DNA from: Pocillopora damicornis
Taxonomy: Eukaryota
NCBI RefSeq assembly: GCF_003704095.1
Contig: NW_020845941.1
Span: 248,001-312,000, forward strand
Length of the DNA stretch: 64,000 bases
Reading direction: 5' to 3'
The notes beneath the pieces were generated by a model. That model was not told the DNA's origin. It did no database searches and worked only from the letters and a program-made list of their open reading frames with translations. Position numbers and translations under genes: made by a program. Shown here one piece after another: positions 1-17,500 of the stretch (within the stretch, counting starts at the first letter, position 1; every line of letters starts with the position of its first letter).

Positions 1-283
1 TTCTCGCGTCATGTATCAGTTTTGGCCTTAAGTATGAACACATTCAAACCCTTTGCTACCCTCTGTGGATGCCGTGTTCAGTGTCCTTTCCCCAAGAGCA
101 GCTTGTAACCAAGCCTATGTAGAAGTATGTCATCAAAATGCATTTCTTTGTGTTCTTTTATCATTTTGTTTCTCTACTATGTTATTATTTTGCGATAAGT
201 GATCAATAAGACCTACAACTTGAAGTATGTTAGAACAATGGGTTAATGTGAACAGGAGCTGATGATGTGTTTGGTTCAATTAG

Positions 284-5310
<5,027 letters not shown>

Positions 5311-8256
5311 CATACTGTTGATGATTTAAACTAGCTCATTTGACATGGAGATAGAGGAAAGGAGACTGTTAAGCTATTTTTTCACAGACCTCCCTTCCAA
5401 AATAGAAGATGAAAATTAAAGTTTATGTAATATTAAACTACACTGGAAATTTTTACCAGCACCCTCTGTAAACCTTTAAAATATTACAGTCTGTAACGAT
5501 TTTTGTGGGGTGTATGGGTTGTACCAAATATCTTGAAAATAAGTAGTAAATGATTTGCACTGACTGGAGATTTTTTTTGACGCACCATTTTGAATGTATT
5601 TTTCCTTGTGGTTTTAAAAAGTATTTTTAAAAAAAACATTCCTAGGCCAGAGGTGGTAATAGAAGTGACAAGTGAGTGAAGAGGGAGGCTACACCTTATC
5701 CTCACTCACTGGTCTAATTTGTCATTTTGATACCAGTTCCATGCATTTTCAGTCTCACCAGTCCAATGGCCACTGAAACTCTCAATCATAAAAATTTTGC
5801 AGTCACTCACTTGAAATTATGCTTGTTGCACAGGCTAAATGTTATATAGAGATGGTTTTAGCAAAGAAAGATAAAAAATTAAAGTTGTAAGATAGTGATA
5901 AGTACAATGATATTTTTATTTAAGTATTGAGTTTTCTGATAATGAAAACTCTTGAACTTAGGTACTGTGTTGAAGACTTTTTAAGGCCTTCTACACCTTT
6001 TGTAGCCTGATGTAAAAGAAAGTTTTTATCTCATTCTAAAATTTTACAATTTTTTGGGGAAGAAAAGTTTCCTCTCTTATTTCTAGTTCAAAGGAGGAGA
6101 AATTTAGATTTTAATAAATAAATTATTAGTGTCATTAATTAGATTGAAATTAGTAAGTTTAAGGTTACATAAAATTGTTTAGTTAAGATTACATTGTAAC
6201 AACAGATTGACTTATTCTAAGTTTGTTTTTATTTATATTGTTTGTCAAACCTGATGTAGAAAGTAAGGTTACTTGCAATAAATTAACTTTATAATCAAGG
6301 AATAATTGATACTCACTTAATGCCGCAATGCAAAACACACCAATCAAAGGATATTTATATTTATTCAAAAGTAGACATTGATTATGTGAGAGTTCTAAGT
6401 TTTGTAATAAACATGCAAACATGATCAGCATTTATAAACTATGGTTGCCACAACTTTCAAGAGAAAGGATGCCCCAAAGAATTGCATGAAGAGTTGTAAT
6501 TGAGGAGTGATATGCATTCACTTCTTTTTCTTATAGAATTATTTTGTAACCCCTTGATGCCCATGTAGTAAAGAGTCACTGACAATTCGTGTTGAATCTT
6601 TGATCAGGGAAATGATGTCAGGTCTGTCTACATTTACAGAAGTGGAAGAACAAGAAAGGGCCAAAGTACTGCTTGGTAATCAAATTTAAATAACTAAGGG
6701 GGTTAATGGAGAGGGGAGAGGTAGAATTTTTATCTCGCACCTCTTTGATGTGGGGCCAATCCTTTGGAATTACTGCCTGGCAATGCTCAAATGACCCAGA
6801 TTGACAGTTCACCTGTACCTTCACAAGCTTTTGGATTGGTCTAGAAACTGCAAGTTTTTTCCCAAGAATCCAAAGCATTAAATCAGACCTGGGCTTGAAC
6901 CTGGACCTCACTGTGCAGCCACTGCAACCCTGTCCATAGTATTTCACAAAATTAATAAATCTTAGCTTTCTGCTAAATATAGGTTTGAGTTATGATATTA
7001 GGATGTTAAGGCTTAATTTGATAGAGTATTGTATCTGGTTAGTTCATGATGCAAGAGAACACCTCAAAATAGGAAATTGTCATTAGCCCAAAAAAGGAAC
7101 AGCTTTAGCCTGGGAAAAGACCTTTATTGGCACTGTGGCCCTAACAGTGCCAATAAAGACTAATGCAACTGTTCTTAAAGAGAGCCAGCTTGCTCACTGG
7201 GATTTCAGGATAACCCTTGGAAACAAAACTTCCACTAAACTGCTGAACAATAATTTGTGGCACTCACTCTTCCTTTTTTATCGTGATAGCAGGTTTTACA
7301 GATCAACCTTATGACTATTAAGGAGCTATCAAATTAAGATGTTAATAGTTAGATAAAAGACAAAAGGAGAAAGAAAAAAATCTGACTTTCCCATTTAGAA
7401 TTGAAGCATAGATTGTCCACCAGCCAAAGGCAACTCACAGAGTATGCATCTGGCACTGACTGCTGGGCTCCGCTATTTGTCAAAAGCATTGTGTGTAAAT
7501 AGAAAAAGAAAGGTGGCTAGCTCTTAGCTTGTTCATGGATTGACCATAAATATCATTTGATTAGCACAAGAGTCTAAGACAAGAAAAACATGTGGGTGCC
7601 CCATCAGGAATTGATCCCAAAAACTGCACATTTCCTGTACTGCTGCTCTACCACTGGTGGTATACTAGTGGTTTTGTCCCATGTCAGCCTGAGTTGAAAA
7701 GGTTTGTTTTACAAAATTATATATGAATCAGCCTAACTTCAACTCCTTGTTTCAGCCAATAACTTACGTGATCAAATACGTAAACAGAGTGCACTTTATA
7801 AAAGCCACAACGACAACTTATCAAGCCAACGTCTTATCTCAGGTAACCTGGCCCCAAGCTCTAAACAATTAAGTTCCACATTGTCCCTAAATATATTTAT
7901 TCAATACAATAAGTTCAATATAAGGTGTGAAAAAGTATTACAAATGTTACAGAGATAACTTGAAGAGATAAAGGGAACTGAAAATTAACACGAACTAGTT
8001 TTTCTTTGTCTTATGGTAGTCAAAAAAAATTTCTTGTATATATTGTGGTCACATTTAACTAGTCAATATAATCATTTTATCTCGTGCATGTGTTCTTTTC
8101 ATATGACTTTCTATCCTAAATAACAAGGTCAAATTCTATAATTGTCCCTTGTGAGTAATATTTCTATTTTCTTATTCAGTCAGTTACACCAGTATAAATC
8201 GTTGTTAAATGTCATTCTGTATGACACTGTAGGTACTTCTTTTACAAACAGAGGAT

Positions 8257-8682
8257 TTAACTTTGAGGCACTTGAAGTCGCATATTATTCCTCAGAAATA
8301 AAACCAGTCTGTCCATGAGTTGTTGTCGAACCAGCAATCCAGGACCGCCACTCAGGAAGGCCATAAGAGCTAGGTAATCGTCGATCGCCACGTTTTCGAC
8401 GATTTCTTTAACACTGTCGTAGAGAAGTTGCCTGTCGTGAGCATTCATGTCTTTGATCACTTGGGAAGCAGGCTTGAAATCTCCCGAAGTGCCATAGGCT
8501 AATGCTCCGCCAACAGCGCCTCCAACGAGCAACCCAGCCGGTCCACCAAGAAGTCCTCCAACAGTCGTAGTAATTCCTGCGATAACACCGCCATAAGCAG
8601 CACCTCTGAAGGTTACTTTAAGTTCATCTTCATCGGCCAGAATGGCCATAACACGCTGCAAATCAGTCACGGAAACCGGCAT
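8257..8682 (-). CDS. C19orf12: C19orf12/Nazo-like glycine-zipper membrane protein, copy A (141 aa)
   Basis: MPVSVTDLQRVMAILADEDELKVTFRGAAYGGVIAGITTTVGGLLGGPAGLLVGGAVGGALAYGTSGDFKPASQVIKDM matches the C19orf12 pattern (VGGLVGGPPGLAVGGAVGG...TSGQFKPV). First ATG is at 8682; the CDS is a single exon. Confidence 0.9.
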   Translation of the reverse strand: MPVSVTDLQRVMAILADEDELKVTFRGAAYGGVIAGITTTVGGLLGGPAGLLVGGAVGGALAYGTSGDFKPASQVIKDMNAHDRQLLYDSVKEIVENVAIDDYLALMAFLSGGPGLLVRQQLMDRLVLFLRNNMRLQVPQS

Positions 8683-8752
8683 GTCGACTGAAGGAAAGCG
8701 AAAGTACTCACAACAAGGAAACAAAACGAAAGATCAGTTCCGGTAAACGGCT

Positions 8753-8762
8753 GGGACTTTCC
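8753..8762 (+). promoter_or_regulatory. Canonical NF-kB site GGGACTTTCC
   Basis: Exact classical kB decamer about 70 bp upstream of the C19orf12-A ATG. Confidence 0.6.
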
Positions 8763-9473
8763 CCATTGTTGTTAGCCTCATTTCTATGTTTGAGTAGACA
8801 TGAGGTCATCAGGTGTCTAATTATAGCAGTAGGTATGCAACGCGTGCAATATAACAATAAAAATATATCTACTAAGTCACCTCTAATACGTAAATAGTAT
8901 ACAGAAAATCCTTTATCGAGCTCAAAGTTAAGGAGAAAGGAGTAAAATAATTATGTCGAGTAGCAAGTTCTTTAATTTTTCTTCGCGTGAATCCTTCGCA
9001 CGCCGTTATAACCGGCGCCTGTACCAAGTTATCAAATTACTTCAGCCGCAATTGATGAATATATTAACCTCCACATTAGTTAGTACTGATTACTAGCCCT
9101 CAGTCGCTTATTCTAAGGTTTACGCGTCTATAATTAAACTTAAAAAAGGCCATTTCTTGAATGAGAACATTATCTATAGAAAAAGTCGATGGATTGCATG
9201 TATCTTCGGTTCCAGATTAAACATGTTAAAAGCGTCGTTTGTGCGAGAATAATAAGACTTCATTGACATGTTTGATTTTGTCCAGATACATCTATCAACA
9301 CAGACAGTTTGGAAGATTGCGAACGTTCGAGAGATACAGACCTCTTGTGATTAGACCAGAATCCAGATGATTTCTTGTGCATTATCTCTTTTACACACGC
9401 TTTAGATATTCATTTTGCAAAAAGAAAAAAGAAACTTAGTCATCTATCTAATTAGACTATTTATTTTTTAATT

Positions 9474-9560
9474 NNNNNNNNNNNNNNNNNNNNNNNNNNN
9501 NNNNNNNNNNNNNNNNNNNNNNNNNNNNNNNNNNNNNNNNNNNNNNNNNNNNNNNNNNNN
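9474..9560. other. Assembly gap (87 N)
   Basis: Run of N bases. Confidence 1.
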
Positions 9561-10313
9561 GAAGAAAGTAAAAAAGAAACAGAAAAATGACAGGTTTTCC
9601 GCTAGCTAAATTTTCGCGAGTTTGTCCATTTACGAGAGTGCAGGCTTAGTGAAACTGGCTCGTCCTCCTTGCTAATATGTTTCGCTCGAGTAAAAATCAT
9701 TCAGAATCACGGTCAAACAAGATACACTTTCCTGATATATATTGTTATTTCAATAAAAGTATATTTTTATCGAAATCGCATTGTTCTGTTGTCAGTTCTT
9801 AAAATTCATAAAATGTGATCAATGGGTTAAAACTCGCCATGGCAATGGTAGATTTTTGCCAAAAATGTTTCTTATTTGAATAAGAGCTACCCTCAAAACT
9901 ACAACCTGACGGGAAATAAAGACGATAAATTGAACAAGAATCATTCAAGTATACTAAAGAACAAAGCATCACAGTTTTTTTTTAGATGAAAAAGTCTTAA
10001 ACTGTTTTATGTCGTGAAAACAAGAATAACTTCCATCATTTTATCATGCACGGTTATTTGCATATGTTTGTGCGGCTCTGTAGAAAATCTAGTGTCAATG
10101 CGTATTTCAAAACTTTCCTAAACAATAGAGCAAAATGGAAATAGTGATAGACAATAAATTACTGGAAAATTTTTACTGTTATCCTTGCCAGTTTTGTGAA
10201 ATTTTCCACATGGTTTTCAGGTTTCCTGTTTTTCTGAATTCAATTGAACCTTTCCAATTTCAACCACGTTCTTGTTCTAGTGACGACAAGCTCCTTTCCT
10301 TCATTCTCTTCAT

Positions 10314-10733
10314 TCATTCGATCACATTGAGCCTCAGTTCTACCTTCAAATAGCACAACAGCACATCCAAAAATCGTCGTTTGAGATCGGGGTCGGTGGC
10401 AACTTTAGCGTTCAGGGCAACAAAGTTTTGAACATGGCTATCTTCTATAAGGTAATTCATATACGCAAACATCGCTTGCCTCTGTTCTTTGTCCATATCC
10501 ATCAAGTATTGGTCTAATGGTATTGTGGTCGATTTTCCTTTCCAAGCAGCTAGTGATCCGCCGACTAGGCCTCCCACAACAACACCAAAAGGTCCACCAC
10601 ACACACCGCCAACAGTGGCTCCAATGCCTGTCAGAAATCCTCCTTTCAGGCGCTGGCTATTTGTGATCTGATAATTCCTTTCGCCCGTGATCAGGGCCAA
10701 AAGACCCACAAGGTCTTCGGGTGTTACAGGCAT
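10314..10733 (-). CDS. C19orf12: C19orf12/Nazo-like protein, copy B (139 aa)
   Basis: MPVTPEDLVGLLALITGER...GATVGGVCGGPFGVVVGGLVGGSLAAW...YLKVELRLNV has the same glycine zipper, length and termini as C19orf12. The CDS is a single exon. Confidence 0.88.
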   Translation of the reverse strand: MPVTPEDLVGLLALITGERNYQITNSQRLKGGFLTGIGATVGGVCGGPFGVVVGGLVGGSLAAWKGKSTTIPLDQYLMDMDKEQRQAMFAYMNYLIEDSHVQNFVALNAKVATDPDLKRRFLDVLLCYLKVELRLNVIE

Positions 10734-11584
10734 CTTGAATTTATGGTGGACGTACAGTAAAATTGAAAAACAAACTTGGATAAGAGATTGGAAAATGCGT
10801 ATAGGGAACTTAATATTACCGATGACCTTTCCCTTGCGAACTGATTATGGACAATAACAACACACGCTTGATGGGATACTCTTCAATCACGTGATTAACA
10901 CCGTTTTTTCCTTCACCAATATTCCTTATTTGGTAATATTTGTTAAACGAGCCTGAAATTATCAACCGAAATACTGTTTTATTTCCATTTAAGGTCACCA
11001 TTCCCAGGGAGATACCCCAGGCTGTGGACCAAGAAGAGAGAATGACCTCATATTCATTTGGTGGCGCTTCCCAATACCTTAAGCGAAATAAAAGTGTCCC
11101 CCCACCGCCCTCCGGGAAATTCTTCGTAACGTAGTGACAGAAGAGGAAATCCCGGATGAAAAAATTAGATCCTACAACAACGACTGTGCATGTTCTCAAC
11201 CTCGCCTCCAAAAAACTGAAGATTTTCTCCTTTGTTATGGCGAAGTCCACCACAGAAATGCTAGCTAACTATAGTGCGCTAGCTTATTGCATGGTGGGTT
11301 CGTGCTTCTAGAGTTCTTCTTAAATTTATGTGTCATTCAAAATTGTAATTTAATTTCTAAGTAGCAACATGGTCCTAAGTGCTTCCCTCGAGCTGCGTGA
11401 CCAGCGGTTAAATCGGTGCCACGATGGACATGCGCTTTCGTGCAAAGCACATGGAAAGGAAACATGGCGGGCTTTACGAAAATTACAAACTAAGCCATCA
11501 TTTGCGCGAATTTTTCGGGAAGCCCAGAAGATATAGTTATTTTAGAGCTTAACTCTAGTATTCTGGCGCGTTTTGTTTTCAATC
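10734..11584. promoter_or_regulatory. Bidirectional promoter region between C19orf12-B (-) and NUP93 (+)
   Basis: Head-to-head ATGs 850 bp apart in CpG-rich DNA. YY1-like AACATGGCGG at 11461-11470; kB-like GGGAAATTCT at 11114-11123 and GGAAATCCC at 11145-11153. Confidence 0.6.
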
Positions 11585-14500
11585 ATGTCTTCGAGTTTTG
11601 GAGATTTGCTGCAGCAGGCAGAGCAATTGACTGCCGATATGGACAGTGGCTGGGAGTTGCCTAGGGTCGAGAGAAACCTCCATCAACTCGCAGAGGCTGG
11701 TCAGAGGTTATGGTCTCAAACGACTGGTGTTTCTGGAGCTGATGTTCAAGTGAAGGCGTAAGTGTGTTCAATATGCTAAACAATCAAACAAAACTGGGCT
11801 TCAAATAAACTAATGACACTTCCTTATCGATCCGAGTCAGCGCCTCACACAGGACTTGAACAATCGATGAAATCATGATCGGGAATCTGATCGATTAATC
11901 GATTTCAATCTATGCATATTTGTTCCTTGTTATCGATTTGTATCGGCCAATCGATGAACAATCGATGATCACGTAGTAGTAATTTATGTTTATCGATTAC
12001 CATCGGTTTGAGATGAAATTTCGATGCTATCCAATTGATCGATTTCAAACGATTTTCGATGATTATTGATAATCGAAAAGCTGTGCTATCTAATTGATTG
12101 ATTTCAATCTATCTTCAATGATTATTGACAATCAATGAGAATAACAAATTGCAGAAACTTTTGCATCAACTGTTCACTGATTATCAATATCAATCAATTG
12201 ATTGTTATCAATTGTCATCAATTTTCATTGATCAGTAATTTCATTGATTGTCCAGGTCCTACTCACATTACATCTGGTTTTTGTCCACGTCAGATAATAC
12301 GGAGGCATTGTTGTTTGTTAGGTTAGGAAGTAAGTAAGTAAGATCATTTGTTTATTAAACATGATGAAAAATGAAAGCATTATATGCTTGAGGGGTCATT
12401 GTTAAAGTATCCAATACTCCTTCTCTTTGTCACTGGTCCAGAGGGAGATTAACACACAATCATCTTATTTTGTCCACTTCGTTAATGCCACCAGTAATTC
12501 TCAATGATGTTTTGCACAGTAATGGACATTCCAGTTTTTTTGTAATCAATCCCCCATCCCTCTTCTCAAAGGGAGGCCAAATTTATAGCTTACTATATCT
12601 TGTTGTTGACACCTGTAAAGGGTAGGCCTTGTCCCAAACATTGCCTTCCATGGGAAGGGGTGGTTCAAATAGGAAAATGGAATGTATATGTACTGTTGGG
12701 TATAAAGTGTACAAGTGTCTCATGTATGTAGGTAACACCTGCTTCCCAAAAATTCTTTGTCAATGAAATTGTGTGAAAATAAAACCAAAATGGTAACAAA
12801 GGCTAGTTACAACAGATTAGTGAAAATAGTGGTGCAAGTTTTCTAGTCCAATCACAAGGTAGTAAAACAAAAACAATGCGACTTATGACTTTTGATACTC
12901 AGTTGAAAATTTCTCTCTAGAAAAATTTTTTTTGCTTTCTCAGTTCCATTTTACTTGGCACCAAAGGCTTTGATGTCCCACGCCTTTCAGAAAAACTAGA
13001 TCGTCTTGACACCACAAAGACATTTGAACCTCTTGAGCCTGTTAGAGAGACTGATATTCAGGTAAAGCTTGGTACTGTCTGCTGCCAATTGTTTTGTGTT
13101 TTTAGTGGATTTCTGTTTCGTATGATACTCACTCCTTTGTGTAAATTATCCTTATAATTTTCATTTGACAATTATCTTGCAGGGTTTCCTTCGGAATGAG
13201 AGAGAAAATGCAATTTTGGCTGCCATAGAGGAAGCAAGAGAAAATGTGAGCTTTATTATTGTTTGGACTCAGTAATTTTTCAATCAACAGTTTATTGATA
13301 CTGAACCCTTCTCTTAAAATATTCCTTTTACCATTTCTTCAATCAGACATTTAATCAGGCTGAAAGACATCAGTGGTCCTGTATGGAGAGTGAATGGGAA
13401 AAAGAAAAGGAGAAAATTCTCAACTCGCTACTGGGAGCTGGGCAGGAGACACTAGATTTCTCAGGAGAAGCAGAGGTTTGTTTTGAAATAATCATCTTTA
13501 GTTGTAATACTGTGTGCTAGTAATGCTGCTTTGAACTGGGATGCACTGCACTTGACTGACTGTGATGTATTCTTCCTACAATTTTTTTTTTATTAATTAT
13601 TTTTGTTCTATGCTAAGGTGTTCACAACAAGTTCTTTGAGTTTACAAGGTAGAAGTGCCCTTGATGCTACAGAACAAGCTTATGCCAGACAGGTGAAGTA
13701 TAAAATAGCAAGTAATGATCTGTAAGTGCTGATGCAAGAAAGCACTCAAGTATATAGATTGTTGTTGATTGCCCTCCTAAGGTTTCATATACTTATTAAT
13801 TCAATCTGACTATTTGCAGTCTTGTCAAACAGTACTCCATCTTTAAACTATTCCAACCCATAGTCTTTGGTGGTTTGTTTTTATTACTCTAGTGATTACC
13901 TACCCAAGGAGTTTATTATTTTAATTTCCTATCAATCTTTACCCTTTAACTCCCATGAGTGACCAAGACAGAATTTCTTCACATTATCAATACAATATCA
14001 ACCAGATAAGTGTTGAGAATGAAGGAAAATATTAATTTGGGGATAATTAGTTGATCCAATACTAAATTCTCTGAACTAGCATTATAAGAATTTTATGTGA
14101 AAAGATAGAGGGGCCGCAGCCAGGATAAAACATCTTATGAAATTTAAAAAACGATCTCTGGCTAAAACTTTTAGAAATACAAGAACAGCCAATCACGTCT
14201 GGGCCAATAGTCATGCAATAGACTTTGATAATGCATCTATTATTGACAAAGGCGGTTTCAGAACAAGAAAAATACTAGAAGCGTGGCATTCCAAGTTAAC
14301 TCCCAATGCGGACAACAATTCCTGTCCTTTGCCCGGACAATACAACATTCTTTTTAACAAACATTCTTAGTTATCAGCATTTTTAATTTTTACTTTGTAC
14401 TTCACACCTAATATTTTTTACCTTTTTATCATTTTTTTATTTTGAAGGCTGTAGTGCAAACAGCCGAAAGCTTGTATTTCTAAAAGTTTTAGCCAGAGAT

Positions 14501-17500
14501 CGTTTTTTAAATTTCATAAGAAGAATTTTATGGTGGACAGTAAGGAGAATTACAAATTTGACTTGGGAGTTAAAGGGTTAATGCAATTGCATTCAAACAC
14601 ATCTTTCAATTGAACTAATTTTTTATCTTGAATTTCATTACAGGTTTATATCCATAATGAAGCCCTCATTCAGTCAGCAAGACACAACATAGTGGATGGA
14701 TTTACAGCGCTTATTGACAGATTTGAAGATCCGGTGAATACTACTTGCCAACCATATTGATTGAATGACTAGCTTATTACCACTAATCTACAAGCTGAGT
14801 CAATCTGATTTTTCTCCATTTATTAGATCATCAAGGGGATGTGGATGTTTATCAAAGAACTTGGAGAAGAACTTCATAGGTCTCATGGTTCCTTGCATAT
14901 TCTGGCAGAGACAGTTAGGTAAGTTTTTTTTTTTTTTTTGAATGAGCGGTTAAATTACTTCACGGGCGATAACAGCTATTTGTTTCTGGGTGAAGTAACT
15001 GCTTAAATAGTGTAAAACTTTGAACAGTATGAGCAATAAGATCCCCAAGTGTGTCTAGCACCTAATTTCTCCTTACAATATAACCCTTGAATCACACTTT
15101 GAGGTCATGAGAGTAAAGGAAATGATCACAAAGAAGTTCTTGATTGTTAAATAAATCCTCCTTTTCAGCTGCTGAGGAAATGTATAGAGAACAGTATGGA
15201 GAATATACATACTGATGTAAAAGTGTGAAGGGTTAAATCTCAAGGCGTTGAAAATGGCTAATTTCAAAGTACCTAGCCCATCACAAAACAAAATTCAACT
15301 TAAAATTAAAAAGTTAATCTGGGAAATCAAAATTCTCACAGTAAAATCAATATGCTTACAGCTAAATTAGAATTAAGCAAAGTTAACAAACAAACTTACA
15401 CAAAGGTCTTTGTTGCTGTAAGCTTGATTTTGTCTTAACAAGGTGTTTGCAGGTTAAAGCATAAGCCTCATTAAGTCTCTGGACAACCCCTCTTGTTAAC
15501 TTTAAACTTTTGAGAGAGGGCAGATCACTTTGAAGAAGAAGGTTGTGCACAAGAAGTAATTTAGGTTACACCTAAAATTCCTCTTTTATTCTTTTCTTTC
15601 TGTTTTCCTCCTCTCTGACAGGTTTTCCTTAGATTTTCAAGTGGCATTTATTAAAATGGCCAGAAGTTTCTTGGAAAGAAGGTGAATATATAAGGTGTAA
15701 TACTTTTTGAAGAGCACATTCTCTTTTTATTATTTATTTGTTAATTTGGCTGAAGAGCCTGACTTATCATGTGTCTTATTATTTTAGATACTTGCAGTTT
15801 GTTCAAGACAGTGTATATAGCAATTTGCCTCGAGCAAAGCTGGGAGGAGTTCCAGGCACTCTGCAACTGGTCAAGAGTTTTTTGAAAATTAAACTTCCTT
15901 CAGTTGTACAAGGACTTGAGGTCAGTTCCCCTGCAGGTTTCTGGTTTAACATATAACATGTTATCAGGGTTGTTATTGCAAAATGTATTAGATGTATGAT
16001 CTGAACCAAGGAGACAGCCAAATTTATAATTTTTGCTTTGCCCCACAGGATGGTGATGTTGATGGTGCTCCACTGTGGCCATTAATTTATTACTGTCTGC
16101 GATGTGGAGACCCTAAAGCAGCTTTACAAGCAGTGCAACATGTGCCGTAAGTAGGATTTTTTTTTAATCATATACATATATAGATATTATTATATGACCA
16201 GGGCAAATAATCTCATTGTTTTAGTACAAGTCTTCTATTCTGTAGTCACTCCAATTCTAAAATGATAGGCTCAGGTTTTTATTTATTAACAAAAATGTGT
16301 TGCTTTCCTCAGTTTCTATTGCAGAATAGATGACAAGGAGAGTAGCCAATCAGTTTGCAACATTTGTGATTCAAAGCTTATAGACTTATAGTAATGTATG
16401 TTGGCTCTTTAATCTATGTGCAATCACACTTTTTTCTTTGAACTCCAGACAGCATTTGGCAGAATTTCGAGACTTTTTTGTGGAATATTTGAACAGCGAA
16501 GAGAGCAGGTAAATGATGATATGCAGACCTGCCACATTGTGCCTGTTAACATAGAGAGTGCTTTGAGTAAAAGATGAACCTAATCTTGGAAGTTGTCATC
16601 TCTCCTTAGGCTCAGTCCCAGCTCGGAAAGCAAACTACGGCTTCAGTATAAAAGATCTATTCGTACAAGTCAGGATCCCTTTAAAAGGTAAATTTTTGGC
16701 TTAGTGATGTATAAAATCAGCAAAATGGAAACTCTTCTTGATTACAGTTTCTGAAATACATCAACCTTAACACTTGGCTAATGACCTTTAGTCATCCAAT
16801 TGGATAAGACTTATTTGCATAAATACTCTGTAGTCAAGACTTATGAGCAGTTTAGTGGACCAGTTGTTGAAATAAGTATGAGTGTTTGTTGGGTTACATT
16901 GCTTGACAGGGCCGTCTACTGTCTGATTGGTCAGTGTGATGTACAAACAGATTCTCATCAAGAAGTTGCCAACAAAACTGAAGACTACCTGTGGCTTAAG
17001 GTATACTGCTGCATTGTATTATAAGAAATGGGAGAAATGACTGATGCTTTGAGAGGCCAAATTTTATGTTTCACAGTTCATGCGAAGTTTTTTCCTTGAC
17101 AAACTGGACAGATATTAATGAAGAGTGTAACCCAAAGGATTATGAAAAGGCAATATTAGAGACATCATGTCAAAAAAAATATATTGTTTACAATGATTGC
17201 TTTGTCTATATTTTTTTCTTGATTGCTCTTTGAGAATTGAGGATTATGAAAATGTGTCTGTAACAAAGAAAGATGAAAAAGAACTGGTATGAAACCATTT
17301 TGAGCTAAACTTTGTTCTAAACTACATGTACATCATGTTACACATTGTTTGCAAGAAACTGGTTTTATTAACGTTTCATAAGATTGTTATGCTGGTTAAT
17401 GCACTTCGTAATAATGTCATTATCTTACAGCTCTGTCAAGTGACTGTTAAAGAGGAAGAAGGGAATAACAATAGTGTTACCTTCCAAAGGCTGCAGACCA

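Noticed and set aside
7590-7660. tRNA-like sequence on the minus strand
   Set aside because: Too degenerate to fold as a cloverleaf; most likely a SINE head remnant.
8694-8705. GAAAGCGAAAGT as a definite IRF element
   Set aside because: On the coding strand it reads ctttcgctttccttcag|tcgacATG, which could simply be a splice-acceptor pyrimidine tract. Kept only as supporting evidence, not as a feature.
10816-11253. 145 aa minus-strand ORF upstream of C19orf12-B
   Set aside because: No recognisable domain; it overlaps a motif-rich bidirectional promoter and is probably a chance ORF.
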